64,000 nt of DNA, from NCBI GenBank assembly GCA_963842085.1, contig CAWJET010000002.1, positions 128,001-192,000 on the forward strand, in the 5' to 3' direction. The notes below the pieces were generated by a model. It searched no databases and was not told the origin of the DNA. It saw only the letters and a program-made list of their open reading frames with translations. The DNA is from an uncultured delta proteobacterium (GTDB lineage Bacteria; Desulfobacterota; Binatia; Binatales; Binataceae). Below, one piece after another: positions 37,138 through 47,475 of the stretch; the stretch's first letter is position 1; each line of letters begins with the position of its first letter. The translations under genes were made by a program, and so were the position numbers.

Positions 37138-39009
37138 ATGAGCAGAGTAGGCGTCGCCTCACCGCGAGTCCGCTTCGGCGCCGCCGCCGGCGAAGTTGGA
37201 TCGCTGGCCGCGCGCGATCTGTCGAGCGGACTCGCAGCGATGCTCAGAACCGAAGTGGTGTCGTCCGCCGACGCGTCGCTAGCCCCGGCCGAAATCATAA
37301 TCGACCTCGGCGATGCCGCATCTGCCGCGCAGCGGTCTTCAATCGCGCTCGAAGGCGACAGCTTCGACGTCTCGCGCGCCGCTGAATCGATAGTAATTCG
37401 CGCCGGAACCGAGCGCGGACTGATCCACGCGGCGTCGAACCTGTTCGAAAAGCTCGGCGCGCAGTTCCCTCCGGGCGTCGCGCCATTGTATCCGCGAATC
37501 GAGAGTGCCCGCCTCGCCGCGCTCGAACCCTGGAGCGTCACGCCCGCCTTCAACCGCCGCGCATTCGTCTCCGACATCATGACCTGGAACTACAACTTCC
37601 CCGACCGCCTCGATTTGCACCTCCGCCACGACCACGAATTCATCCCGTGGATGGCGCGCCGGGGCATCAACGCGTTCTCGTACATCCGCCACGCGCATGA
37701 CACGCGCCTCAAGATCGACGAAATCTCGCCGCTTCTGCGTGCGCACGGAATCGGCGTCGAATACGGCGGTCACGTCCTGCAACTTCTGCTGCCGCGCGAT
37801 CTTTTCGCCGAGCATCCCGAGTATTTTCCGGCTGGTGAAGACGGCGTTCGCGCCGCGCACGGCAATCTCTGCGTCTCCAATCCCGACGCTGTCGCTCTGG
37901 TCCGCGCGGGCGCGGTCGCCTACGTTCACGACCATCCCGAAAACGAGCTGCTGCACATCTGGGGCGCCGACGTACGGCGTGGCGCGTGGTGCCGATGCGG
38001 TCGGTGCCGCGAACTCCCGCCGCAGCTCCAGTACATGGATGTCGTCAATGCCATCGCCGGCGAACTCGGCGCCGATTACAAAGCTCCGTCAGTCGCCTAT
38101 CTCGCCTATCACGACACCATCGAGCCTCATCCCGGCCTGAAGCCGCTCGACAACGTGTGGTTCGAATGGGCGCCGCGCGAGCGATGCTACAGTCACGCGA
38201 TCGACGACGCGGATTGCGAGATCAACCCGCGCTACCTCGAGTCGCTCAAACGCTACATCGAGATTTTCGACGGTCGCGGCCACGTCTTCGAATATTACGC
38301 TGACGCGATCCTGTTCGGCGGTTTGGGCCTCGCGACGCCCGCGATAGTCGCGCGCGACTTGCGCGCATATAAGCAGTTGGGATTGAGGAGCATTTCGTGC
38401 CTGACTTTTGGCGCCTACAGCGTGATGGCGTATCCAGTGAATCTGGAGGCGTTCGTTCGCGGATCGCGAGATCCCAATTTCGAGCCCGATAGCAGTTTGC
38501 TTGACACGTCGGCCGGCCGGCATCCGCGATGCGCCCCGGAGATGGATGCTGCCTACCGCGCCGTCGAGCGCGCGTCGAAGCTGTACCTCGATTATGCCGA
38601 CGTGATGAGCCCGGTGATGCCGCCGGAAAAGGCCGCGCGCAAGCGCGGTGAGTTGCGAGAAGGCGCGCTGACGTTCAACGAGGCGATCGCCGCGGCCGAC
38701 GAGATTGCGCGAAGTGTCGATACTCCCCTGGCGGATGCCGAGAAGGATCTTTGGCGCTACAGCAGCGACGTGCTCGCAGGATTGTCCGAATATCTCGGCG
38801 CGCTGGTCGAGTCCGGCGCCGAGCGCCACAAACTCGGCGAAGCCGCCATCGCGAAAGTCGCGGGTGCGATCGAGCGCATCCGTGAGATCGATCCCAAAAT
38901 CAAGGGGACCTGGGGCGCGTATGATCTCGAATGGATTCGTGAGATTTGGCTCAGCGCACTTCGGCGCGGCCTCGATGGAGACGGGAAACCGGCGGAGGAA
39001 CTGTTCTGA
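37138..39009 (+). CDS. DUF4838-like glycoside-hydrolase-fold protein
   Basis: WMARRGINAF, GGH...LLP..LF.EHPEYF, NLCVSNP, WCRC..C, YLAYHDT..P, FEYY. Confidence 0.7.
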   Translation: MSRVGVASPRVRFGAAAGEVGSLAARDLSSGLAAMLRTEVVSSADASLAPAEIIIDLGDAASAAQRSSIALEGDSFDVSRAAESIVIRAGTERGLIHAASNLFEKLGAQFPPGVAPLYPRIESARLAALEPWSVTPAFNRRAFVSDIMTWNYNFPDRLDLHLRHDHEFIPWMARRGINAFSYIRHAHDTRLKIDEISPLLRAHGIGVEYGGHVLQLLLPRDLFAEHPEYFPAGEDGVRAAHGNLCVSNPDAVALVRAGAVAYVHDHPENELLHIWGADVRRGAWCRCGRCRELPPQLQYMDVVNAIAGELGADYKAPSVAYLAYHDTIEPHPGLKPLDNVWFEWAPRERCYSHAIDDADCEINPRYLESLKRYIEIFDGRGHVFEYYADAILFGGLGLATPAIVARDLRAYKQLGLRSISCLTFGAYSVMAYPVNLEAFVRGSRDPNFEPDSSLLDTSAGRHPRCAPEMDAAYRAVERASKLYLDYADVMSPVMPPEKAARKRGELREGALTFNEAIAAADEIARSVDTPLADAEKDLWRYSSDVLAGLSEYLGALVESGAERHKLGEAAIAKVAGAIERIREIDPKIKGTWGAYDLEWIREIWLSALRRGLDGDGKPAEELF

Positions 39010-40172
39010 TGGAAACTGACAACGGATTCGTGCTGTCGCCGGAACTGCGGGCGCTTCGCGACCAGGTGGGGAAAATAATTCGCGAGGAAATTATCCCGAT
39101 CGAGGCGCGGTGCGATCCCGACGCGCCTGAGATTCCCGAGGACGAGTACTGGCGGATCGCGCGCAAGGCGCAAGCCGCCGGCATGTGGTGCATGGGTGCG
39201 CCGCGCGAGTACGGCGGCGGCGGCCTCGGCACGTTCGAGATGTGCGTGCTTATGGAGGAAATGGCACAGCATCGCATGGGACTCTACAACCCCGGATGCG
39301 GGGTGTTCGGACGCACGCCGCCGCCGGTCATCTACGCGGGCAGCGAGGAGCAGAAGCGCATCTACGCCGGCGGCACGATCAAGAATGCGTGGCACACCTT
39401 CTTCGCGATCACCGAGCCGTCGGGCGGCTCCGATCCGGCCGGCGCGATCCAGTGCAAGGCGGTTCGCCAGGGCGATACCTACGTTCTCAACGGCACCAAG
39501 ATTTTCATTTCGCATGCGCATGAGGCGGAGTGGGGCGTCGTGTTCACCCGCACCGACGCCAAGGCCGGGCGCAAGGGGATCACCTGCTTCATAATCAAAA
39601 AGGGCACGCCGGGATTCACGCCGCGTCCGATTCGCACGCTGCGTACGTCGGCCTTACCCAACGAGGTCCAGTTCGAAGATTGCGTCGTCCCGATCGAGCA
39701 GCGCCTCGGGCCCGAAGGCGAGGGATTGAACCTGTGCTTGGATCTGCTGACTCGGCTGCGCTTTCCGTACTCGGCGTGCAATGTCGGAGTGGGAGTGGCT
39801 GCGCTCAGGATGGCGATCGATCACGCCAAGCAGCGCAGCACGTTCGGCGAGCTGCTCTCGAAGCGGCAGGCCATCCAGTGGATGCTCGCGGATTCGGAGG
39901 TCGAGCTGCGCGCTGCGCGATGGCTGACGTGGGAAGGCGCGTGGAAGGCCGACCGCGGCGAGGACTTCCGCACCGAGGCGTCGATCGCAAAGCTCTACTC
40001 GAGCGAGGTGCTCGGCCGCGTGATCGATCGCGCCGTGCAGATCCATGGCGGCTACGGCGTCAGCAAGGAGTTTCCAATCGAGCGCTGGTACCGCGAGGCG
40101 CGAATTCGCCGGATCGGCGAAGGCCCCAGCGAAGTGCATCGGATGGTGATCGCGCGCTCGCTTCTGCGATGA
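39009..40172 (+). CDS. Acyl-CoA dehydrogenase
   Basis: FAITEP.GGSD, NGTKIFIS, RSTFG..L...QAIQW, QIHGGYG, RIGEGPSEV. Confidence 0.93.
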   Translation: METDNGFVLSPELRALRDQVGKIIREEIIPIEARCDPDAPEIPEDEYWRIARKAQAAGMWCMGAPREYGGGGLGTFEMCVLMEEMAQHRMGLYNPGCGVFGRTPPPVIYAGSEEQKRIYAGGTIKNAWHTFFAITEPSGGSDPAGAIQCKAVRQGDTYVLNGTKIFISHAHEAEWGVVFTRTDAKAGRKGITCFIIKKGTPGFTPRPIRTLRTSALPNEVQFEDCVVPIEQRLGPEGEGLNLCLDLLTRLRFPYSACNVGVGVAALRMAIDHAKQRSTFGELLSKRQAIQWMLADSEVELRAARWLTWEGAWKADRGEDFRTEASIAKLYSSEVLGRVIDRAVQIHGGYGVSKEFPIERWYREARIRRIGEGPSEVHRMVIARSLLR

Positions 40173-40182
40173 GGATCCAACG

Positions 40183-41367
40183 ATGAGTCTGCCGCTTGAT
40201 GGAATCCGCGTGATCGACCTGGGCCAGGTGTATGCGGCGCCGTACTGCACGCTGCAACTGGCCGCGATGGGCGCCGATATCATCAAGATCGAGCCGCCCG
40301 TTACCGGCGAGGTGCTGCGGCGGCCGGAACTGCCGCCGGGCGGCGCCGGCTACTCGTTCCTGATGCTGAATGCGAACAAGCGCTCCGTCACGATCAATCT
40401 GAAAGATCGGCGCGGCCAGCAAATCGTGCTCAAGCTGCTCGAGGACGCCGACGTGCTGGTCGAGAATTATCTTGACGGCGTCATGGAGTCGTTCGGCCTC
40501 GGCTACGATCAGATCGCCGCGCGGTTTCCGCGGCTAATTTACGCCTCGGGCAAGGGTTACGGCTCCGACAGCAGGTACGCGAAACTTGGCTCGATGGACA
40601 ACACGATCCAGGCGTCGTCGGGATTCATCAGTGTCACCGGATTCCCCGACCATCCCGTAAAGACCTCGGCCACTTTTATCGACATGGGCACCGGCAGTCA
40701 CATGGTGAGCGGAATCCTGGCCGCGCTGATCCACCGCGGGCGGACCGGCCGCGGACAGCATGTCGAGGTGGCGATGCTCGACGTCGCGATACCCGCGCTG
40801 ACCAGCGCGGTCGCGCCCGCGCTGCAAGGGATGAAGTTCAAGCGGCTGGGAAATCGTCATTGGGGCGCATGCCCGACCAACGTCTATCCCGCGCGCGACG
40901 GCGAGGTCCTGATCTTCTGCCTCACGGAAGCGCATTGGCGCACGCTGGCGAAATTGATGGGACGTGAAGAACTGATCGCCGATCCCCGATGCAGGAATCA
41001 TGGCGCGCGGCTGAAAATCGCCGACGAACTCGACGCGATAGTTTCCGATTGGACGAAAGAGCAGCCGCGCGATGCGATGGTCGAGGGACTGATTGAAGCG
41101 GGCATTCCATGCGCGCCCGTTCGGACGGTCGAGGAAGTGGTCGCTGATCCCGAAACCGCGAAGCGCCGGATGCTGATCGACAGTGACTATCCAACCCGCG
41201 GTAAGATTCGCGTAGCCGGCACTCCTATAAAGATGTCGGACGCGCCCGAAGGCGACCGGCCGATGAGGCGTCCACCCGAACTGGGCGAACACAACGCCGA
41301 GGTGCTTGGCTCGATCGGAATCGGCGCGGATGAGCTGGAGCGCCTCAAGCGCGAGGGAGTTGTCTGA
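40183..41367 (+). CDS. Family III CoA-transferase (CaiB/BaiF)
   Basis: PLDGIRVIDL, GADIIKIEPP, NANKRS..INLK, PPELGEHN. Confidence 0.92.
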   Translation: MSLPLDGIRVIDLGQVYAAPYCTLQLAAMGADIIKIEPPVTGEVLRRPELPPGGAGYSFLMLNANKRSVTINLKDRRGQQIVLKLLEDADVLVENYLDGVMESFGLGYDQIAARFPRLIYASGKGYGSDSRYAKLGSMDNTIQASSGFISVTGFPDHPVKTSATFIDMGTGSHMVSGILAALIHRGRTGRGQHVEVAMLDVAIPALTSAVAPALQGMKFKRLGNRHWGACPTNVYPARDGEVLIFCLTEAHWRTLAKLMGREELIADPRCRNHGARLKIADELDAIVSDWTKEQPRDAMVEGLIEAGIPCAPVRTVEEVVADPETAKRRMLIDSDYPTRGKIRVAGTPIKMSDAPEGDRPMRRPPELGEHNAEVLGSIGIGADELERLKREGVV

Positions 41368-41368
41368 G

Positions 41369-41415
41369 GCAGGTGTGACCCCTGCACCCAATACCAGGAA
41401 ACGACACGAGACTTC
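41369..41415 (+). repeat. Dispersed palindromic repeat, copy B
   Basis: gcaggtgtgacccctgcacccaataccaggaa...gacttc. Confidence 0.65.
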
Positions 41416-41434
41416 TTCGCGGTTGAAAGTGGCA

Positions 41435-42139
41435 ATGGTAGAGGCGGTGGGGGTTGCTCGCGCAAACTTTTGCGCGGCGGTGCGGCGCGCGGGCGCGGCC
41501 GCGATGGCGCTTGCGATCGCGAGCGCGTTGGTCGCTTGCGGGCCGATGCAATCGACTTACTATCCGCTGAACCAGACGGGTACTCCGGCTGAGGTTGGGA
41601 AGCGGCCGCTTGAGTTGTCCTCGTCGGAGTTTGCCGCCGACCTGGTTACGCCTGCGGGAATTCGCGTCAAGACCAACGGCCAGTACAAGACGGAGGCATC
41701 ACGGAAGGCGGCGGCGCTTGCGATCGATCGCTACTGGGGCGAAGTTCGCGCCTGTGCGGTTGGCGTCGAGCCGCCGGGAGATACGGATGTCGGTGACCTG
41801 ATCGAGGAGTTCCCGCGTCATCTGGCGGTTGAGATTGCCAATAACTGGAAGGTCGTCGAGGGTCCCGCGACGCATCGCATGATGCAGGCGTTCCCGTCGC
41901 TCGCGCATCCGGGCTCGTGGTCGACGGCGCGGCGGCAGGAGGACGCGCTCTATATCGTGGTGGTCCCGGAGCTGAACGGACTTGGTCAGCAGATGGTCAA
42001 TGAGCTGAATCTGTGGCTGGACAAGAACGCGAACGTGCCGCCGACGGCGGACCTGGTGAGTGCATGCGCGTCGGTCGCATGCGTGAGATTCAGCTACAAC
42101 AACGCGCCGTCGCAGGCGTGGAATCAGTGCTTGGAGTAG
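41435..42139 (+). CDS. Hypothetical lipoprotein
   Basis: Lipobox LVAC; start uncertain (41435 or 41504). Confidence 0.65.
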   Translation: MVEAVGVARANFCAAVRRAGAAAMALAIASALVACGPMQSTYYPLNQTGTPAEVGKRPLELSSSEFAADLVTPAGIRVKTNGQYKTEASRKAAALAIDRYWGEVRACAVGVEPPGDTDVGDLIEEFPRHLAVEIANNWKVVEGPATHRMMQAFPSLAHPGSWSTARRQEDALYIVVVPELNGLGQQMVNELNLWLDKNANVPPTADLVSACASVACVRFSYNNAPSQAWNQCLE

Positions 42140-42169
42140 CAGGGATGACCCCTGCACCCAGTATTAGGA
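42139..42169 (+). repeat. Dispersed palindromic repeat, copy C
   Basis: gcagggatgacccctgcacccagtattagga. Confidence 0.65.
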
Positions 42170-42368
42170 TTCGGTACCTCGTTCCTGTTAGAACACTAGC
42201 GGGGAAGAAATCCTATCCTCTCCTCGGAGCCGGAGAAGAAGAAATTACTTCGCCGCACGCGGGCTGAACGCTGGTCTTGAACGATCGTTCTGGGGGCTTT
42301 GACTCTTGATTTGGCCGTGGTACTAGTCAGTTGACGGCGGTTTTCGAATACCGAAAGGAGGCTTGGCC

Positions 42369-42938
42369 ATGAAGCGCACGGGCGTCCATCATCTGGGGCT
42401 GGCGACTCTCGATATCGAGCGCACGATCGAGTTCTACACGACGAAGCTCGGCTGGGAAGTCGCGTGGTCGGATATTATCGAGCCGGACCAGGGCGGCAAG
42501 ATCAAGCACGTGTTCCTGAACACCGGCGACGGCAGCATGGTGGCGTTCATGTGTCCGGAAAAAGTGCCGGGCGTGCCGACGGAGTGGGCGACCGATATCA
42601 ACAGCGCGCAGGGACTGCCGGGCGCGTTCTACCATTTCGCGTTCAACTGCGACGATGTGAAAGAACTCGAAGCCAAACGCGAGCAGCTGATCGGGCGCGG
42701 CGTCGAGGTGACGCCGGTGGTCGATCACGAATGGTGCCGCTCGATCTACTTCCGCGATCCCAACGGCCTGCTGCTCGAGTACTGCGCGACCGTCCGGGCG
42801 TTCACGGAAGACGACAAGGTGATGAAGCATCACGATCAGCCGGGACCGATGGTGACGGATCCGGACGATGCGAAAAAAGTCTACAAGATGCTGATGGGTC
42901 CGCAGTCCTCGCCGAAGGCGAATCGCACGCCAGTGTGA
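42369..42938 (+). CDS. VOC/glyoxalase family protein
   Basis: GVHHLGL, YHFAF, SIYFRDPNGLLLEY; AAGGAGG RBS. Confidence 0.88.
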   Translation: MKRTGVHHLGLATLDIERTIEFYTTKLGWEVAWSDIIEPDQGGKIKHVFLNTGDGSMVAFMCPEKVPGVPTEWATDINSAQGLPGAFYHFAFNCDDVKELEAKREQLIGRGVEVTPVVDHEWCRSIYFRDPNGLLLEYCATVRAFTEDDKVMKHHDQPGPMVTDPDDAKKVYKMLMGPQSSPKANRTPV

Positions 42939-43083
42939 ACGGGCGCGAGCGCGCGGCTGATTGACGACTCAAAGTAGAGCGGCCGGCGATCGATTGCGAT
43001 CGCATGGCCGCTTTCTCTTTTATTTCTTCACCGGGGTAGGCATTCTCCCGGCTGACCACAAATCCGAATCAGGAGCTTTGACG

Positions 43084-43764
43084 ATGGCAGAAATCGGACT
43101 TTTCGAGGCAATTTACTCGGCGCGCTCGCTCAGGCGATTCAAGCCCGACCCGGTTCCCGACGATGTGATCACCAAGGTGCTCGACGCAGCGATTCGCGCG
43201 CCGTCGGGCAGCAACCAGCAGAGTTGGGAGTTCGTCGTGGTCAAGGACGCGGCGCAGCGCAAGAAGATTGGCGCGGTGTACCAAAAGGGCGGCGCAATTT
43301 TGAAGGCACTCTATGCGGATCGCGTCAAACCGGAGCACATGAGCGAGGACACCTATAGAAAACTGACGGCGTCGGCGTACCACCTGATCGATCACATGGC
43401 GGACGCACCGGTGCTGCTGCTCGCATGCCTGAAGCGGACGCCGCCCGCGACACCGCCGCCCACGCTTCCGCCCGAGGTGGCGGCGGGCCTCCGGAGCCAG
43501 GCGCGGATCTCAGGCTCGAGCATCTATCCTGCCGTGCAGAATATTATCCTGGCGTGTCGCGGGCTGGGTCTCGGCACGGTGCTGACGACAATTCACACGT
43601 TCTTCGAGGACGAGGTGAAGGCGATATTGGGCCTGCCGCCCGAAGTGCTGACGTATGCGCTGATGCCGATCGGATATCCGGATGGAAAGTTCGGACCGAT
43701 CAAGCGCCGGCCGGTGAGCGAGGTCGCCTACCTGGACCGATACGGCACGCATTGGAAAGGGTGA
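43084..43764 (+). CDS. Nitroreductase family protein
   Basis: RSLRRFKPDPVP, APSGSNQQSW.FVVV, AVQNIILA...GLG, PIGYP. Confidence 0.9.
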   Translation: MAEIGLFEAIYSARSLRRFKPDPVPDDVITKVLDAAIRAPSGSNQQSWEFVVVKDAAQRKKIGAVYQKGGAILKALYADRVKPEHMSEDTYRKLTASAYHLIDHMADAPVLLLACLKRTPPATPPPTLPPEVAAGLRSQARISGSSIYPAVQNIILACRGLGLGTVLTTIHTFFEDEVKAILGLPPEVLTYALMPIGYPDGKFGPIKRRPVSEVAYLDRYGTHWKG

Positions 43765-43767
43765 GCA

Positions 43768-44235
43768 TCAGTCGGGTTCGCTTCGCAGATCCTCGGTGAC
43801 TTTGCCGGCGAGGTGGCGGACCTGGTCGTGCTGCGAGAGCAATGAAGCGAGCACGGCGGGGTCGCGCTTGCCGGCGAGCCGGTACTCGTCGGCGGCGTGC
43901 GCGAATTTCTCGTAAGCGTTCAGCAGTTTCACGAAATCGCGATGCGACGGGCGGGACGACTCGCGCGGCGTCGATGACGAGAAGGCGTTGGCCTTGTTGA
44001 AGGCGTAGTAAAATTCGCCCATCTCCTCGGACGACAGTTGGCGATCGTCGAGCTTGAAATCGGTGCGGCAGTAATCGGCCAGCTTGTCCGACATATCGGA
44101 GAGCAGCGACACGTTTGCCGCCATTGTGCGGCGGTAGTCGGAGGAGTAGCAGGCGCTGGCCGCGGCGATGGCGACGGTAATCGCGAGAAAAAAGACGGGA
44201 CGGCGAAGACCGGCCCGCCGAAGTGAGTACAACAA
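43768..44235 (-). CDS. Hypothetical lipoprotein
   Basis: RRPVFFLAITVAIAAASAC signal/lipobox; start uncertain. Confidence 0.6.
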   Translation of the reverse strand: MLYSLRRAGLRRPVFFLAITVAIAAASACYSSDYRRTMAANVSLLSDMSDKLADYCRTDFKLDDRQLSSEEMGEFYYAFNKANAFSSSTPRESSRPSHRDFVKLLNAYEKFAHAADEYRLAGKRDPAVLASLLSQHDQVRHLAGKVTEDLRSEPD

Positions 44236-44252
44236 GGCGCGACCACGCCGTC

Positions 44253-44978
44253 TCAGCCGAGATATTCTTTGAAGAACGCGATGGTCCTGGTCCACGCCTC
44301 CTTGGAATGCACGGGGTGGAACGACGGACGATCGTCGCACATGAAACCGTGATCGGCGTCGGGGTAAAAGACCACCTCGGCTGGCTTGCCGGCCTTCTTC
44401 AGGGCGTCGCGAAATTCGTCCACTTCGGAAATCGGGATAAAGGCGTCCTTGCCGCCGAAGAAGGCCAGCACCGGTGCCTTCAGCCCGTCGACGTATTCAA
44501 TTGTCGGCTTCACGCCGGGCTGGCGCGACTTGACTATCCCGCCGCCGTAGTACGGTGCGGTGGCTCTGACAGCGGGATTGCGGCATGCGGTCATGAAGGC
44601 GACGCGTCCGCCCATGCAGAAGCCGACGGTGCCGAACGCGGGCTTGACTTCGGTCATGGCCTTGAGGTGATCGATCGCGGCGCCCATGTCGGCGACGATT
44701 TGATCGTCGTTGACCGAGCCCATCAGGCGAAAGGCGCCGGGCAGATCGTTGTAGCCGACGACGTTGTTGGGTTGGCGAAAATAAAGATTCGGGGCGATCG
44801 CGACGAAGCCTTCCGAGGCGAACTGATTGGTGATGCGCTTGATCTGATCGTTGAGGCCGAACGCTTCCATCACGACCACCAGCGCGGGATACGGACCTCC
44901 GGACGCGGGACGCGCGAGATGCGCCGGCATCTTCTCGGCGCCGGTGCGGACGGATACTTCATTCGAGACGACTTCCAT
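44253..44978 (-). CDS. Dienelactone hydrolase family protein
   Basis: EAFGLN, GFCMGG, G..DAFIP, ADHGF. Confidence 0.92.
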   Translation of the reverse strand: MEVVSNEVSVRTGAEKMPAHLARPASGGPYPALVVVMEAFGLNDQIKRITNQFASEGFVAIAPNLYFRQPNNVVGYNDLPGAFRLMGSVNDDQIVADMGAAIDHLKAMTEVKPAFGTVGFCMGGRVAFMTACRNPAVRATAPYYGGGIVKSRQPGVKPTIEYVDGLKAPVLAFFGGKDAFIPISEVDEFRDALKKAGKPAEVVFYPDADHGFMCDDRPSFHPVHSKEAWTRTIAFFKEYLG

Positions 44979-45229
44979 GACTGAAACCTCCCTCAAGAGA
45001 TTCGCGTCCGCCGACAAGCGGGTCGCGCGATCACGGATCGCGTTTGACGGGAACGCGATCCGGCGACCTTTCTCGCATACAACGCGCTCCCGCTCAAGTG
45101 AGAAGTTTCGACCAGGCGCTCGCATAAGAAATTTTTTCTTCGACGACCACGCCGTCTCGCGCGGACCCGCCGCGCGCCGGTAGTATTGCTCGGCCGGTCG
45201 ATCAATCCGCGTGCCGGCCCGACGTTCCT

Positions 45230-45949
45230 ATGATCCCGCTTCGCGATAACGCCGCGCCGCGCCGCCTGACTCCAATCAACAGTGCCCTTCTGGCTGCGAA
45301 CGTCGCGGTGTTCGTCTACGAAGTGGCGCTCGGCGCGCGCGTGGCGGCCTTCGTCGAGAGATTCGCGATGGTGCCGGCTGCGGTGACGCGAGCGCTTTCG
45401 ACCGACGCGCTAGCGTGGCACGGGCACGGGGCGCATCGCAGCCTCGGCACGCTCGCGCCGTTGATGACGACCGTCACATCGATGTTCATCCACGGCGGTT
45501 TCTGGCACGTCGCCGGCAACATGCTGTATCTGTTCATCTTTGGCGCGGCCGTCGAGTATCGGATGGGCGCGGCGCGCTACCTGATTTTTTATTTCGCCGC
45601 GGGAATCGCGGCGGCGCTCGCGACGGTGTGGATCGCGCCCGCGTCGAGCGTGCCGGTGATCGGCGCCAGCGGTGCGATCGCGGGCGTGCTCGGCGCGTAC
45701 TTCATCCTGTACCCGCGCGGACGCATCCTGACGATTATCCCGATTTTCGTTTTCATCCAGTTCGTCGAAATACCGGCGGTCATCTACCTGCTGGTCTGGT
45801 TCGCGGTGCAGCTCTACGCGGGACTCGAAGAAGGGGGGCGGGCGGCGGCGATGGGAGGAGTGGCATGGTGGGCGCACGTGGGCGGCTTCATGTTCGGCGT
45901 AGCGCTTGGGCCGATGCTCGCGGTGAATCGTCCGCGCCGGCGTCGATAG
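45230..45949 (+). CDS. Rhomboid intramembrane serine protease
   Basis: MIPLRD, TSMFIHGG..H..GNM, GASGAIAG, WWAHVGGF. Confidence 0.92.
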   Translation: MIPLRDNAAPRRLTPINSALLAANVAVFVYEVALGARVAAFVERFAMVPAAVTRALSTDALAWHGHGAHRSLGTLAPLMTTVTSMFIHGGFWHVAGNMLYLFIFGAAVEYRMGAARYLIFYFAAGIAAALATVWIAPASSVPVIGASGAIAGVLGAYFILYPRGRILTIIPIFVFIQFVEIPAVIYLLVWFAVQLYAGLEEGGRAAAMGGVAWWAHVGGFMFGVALGPMLAVNRPRRRR

Positions 45950-46092
45950 CGCCGGCCGACTGTGCATCGGCTGTGGACGGCGTGGTGACAACCGTTGGCT
46001 TGCGGCTGGGGTAATAGTTGTAAGCGGTCATCGCATGGGAAATAATTTGCGCTCCTGGAATTCAGCGCGCGCGGTCGGGAGGTGGTGGTGAG

Positions 46093-47475
46093 GTGGCGGT
46101 ATCGTCGGACGATATTCTGAAGCGCGTTCCTCCGCAGAATCTCGAAGCAGAGCAGTCGGTGCTGGGCGCCATCCTGCTCGACAACGACGCGATCAACCAC
46201 GCGCTCGAAATCCTGTCGGATGAGGACTTCTACCGCGAGTCGCATCGCCAGATTTTCCGCGCGATGGCGGAGCTTACCGACCACAGCCAGCCGGTCGACG
46301 CGATCACGCTGACCGACGCGCTGCGCACCAGGGGCGTGCTCGAGCAGATCGGCGGCCCGGCGTACATCGCGGAGCTGGCTTCGATCGTGCCGACCGCCGC
46401 GAACGTCGCGCACTACGCGCGAATCGTGCACGACAAGGCGGTGCTGCGCAGCCTCGGCTCGATCGCGACCGACATCGCGAGCTCGTCGTACGAGGCGCCG
46501 TCGGACGTGGACGGTTTCCTGGACGAAGCCGAGCATCGCATCTTCGAGATTTCCGAGCGGCGGATTAGGCCGGCGTTCCACACGATGCCGGAGTTGACGC
46601 GCGAGTCGCTGAAGATCCTCGAGCGGCTGTACGAAAACCGCGAGATGATCACCGGCGTGCCGAGCGGATTCATCGATCTCGACCGCATCACGGCGGGCTT
46701 CCAGCCGTCGGACCTGGTCATCATTGCGGCCCGTCCGAGCATGGGCAAAACGGCGCTCGCGCTGAACATTGCGGCCTACGCGGCGATGGACGCGGACCCG
46801 CCCGTGGGAGTCGCGTTTTTTTCGCTGGAAATGTCGAAGGAACAGCTCGTGCTGCGCATGCTGTGCTCGGAAGCGCGGGTGGACAGCGCGCGTGCGCGCC
46901 AGGGATTCCTGGGCGAGCGTGATTTCCCGAAGCTGGCGCAGGCCGCGGCGCGCCTGTCGGAGTCGAACATCTATATAGATGACTCGTCGGACACGACCTC
47001 GATCACGCTCAAGGCGAAATGCCGGCGGCTCAAGCGCGAACGCGCCAAGAATCTCGGCCTGATAATCGTCGACTATATTCAGTTGATGAGATCGGCGCGG
47101 CCCGGCGAAAATCGCGAAAAAGAGATCGCGGAAATCTCGCGCTCGCTCAAAGCGCTGGCGAAAGAACTGAAGGTCCCGGTGATTGCGCTGTCGCAGCTCA
47201 ACCGGCAGGTCGAGTCGCGCGAGAATCGCCGCCCGATGCTGGCCGACTTGCGCGAGTCGGGCGCGATCGAGCAGGACGCCGACGTGATCGCGTTCATCTA
47301 CCGCGAAGAAATGTACAAGGGCAAAGAGAGCAAGGAGCCGGGCGTCGCCGAGATTATCGTCGCCAAGCAGCGCAACGGTCCCACCGACACGGCGAAGCTC
47401 ACCTACATCAACAACTACACGCGCTTTGAGAACTACACGCCGGAGACGGGCGTGTTCGAGGATACCGGCGTCTAG
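46093..47475 (+). CDS. dnaB: Replicative DNA helicase
   Basis: PPQNLEAEQSVLG, AARPSMGKT, DYIQLM, LSQLNR, DLRESGAIEQDAD; no intein. Confidence 0.97.
   Translation: MAVSSDDILKRVPPQNLEAEQSVLGAILLDNDAINHALEILSDEDFYRESHRQIFRAMAELTDHSQPVDAITLTDALRTRGVLEQIGGPAYIAELASIVPTAANVAHYARIVHDKAVLRSLGSIATDIASSSYEAPSDVDGFLDEAEHRIFEISERRIRPAFHTMPELTRESLKILERLYENREMITGVPSGFIDLDRITAGFQPSDLVIIAARPSMGKTALALNIAAYAAMDADPPVGVAFFSLEMSKEQLVLRMLCSEARVDSARARQGFLGERDFPKLAQAAARLSESNIYIDDSSDTTSITLKAKCRRLKRERAKNLGLIIVDYIQLMRSARPGENREKEIAEISRSLKALAKELKVPVIALSQLNRQVESRENRRPMLADLRESGAIEQDADVIAFIYREEMYKGKESKEPGVAEIIVAKQRNGPTDTAKLTYINNYTRFENYTPETGVFEDTGV

Noticed and set aside
45955-46030. Possible DnaA boxes/oriC upstream of dnaB (TGTGCATCG, TGTGGACGG, TGGTGACAA)
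   Set aside because: Each has several mismatches to TGTGGATAA, and there is no AT-rich unwinding element.
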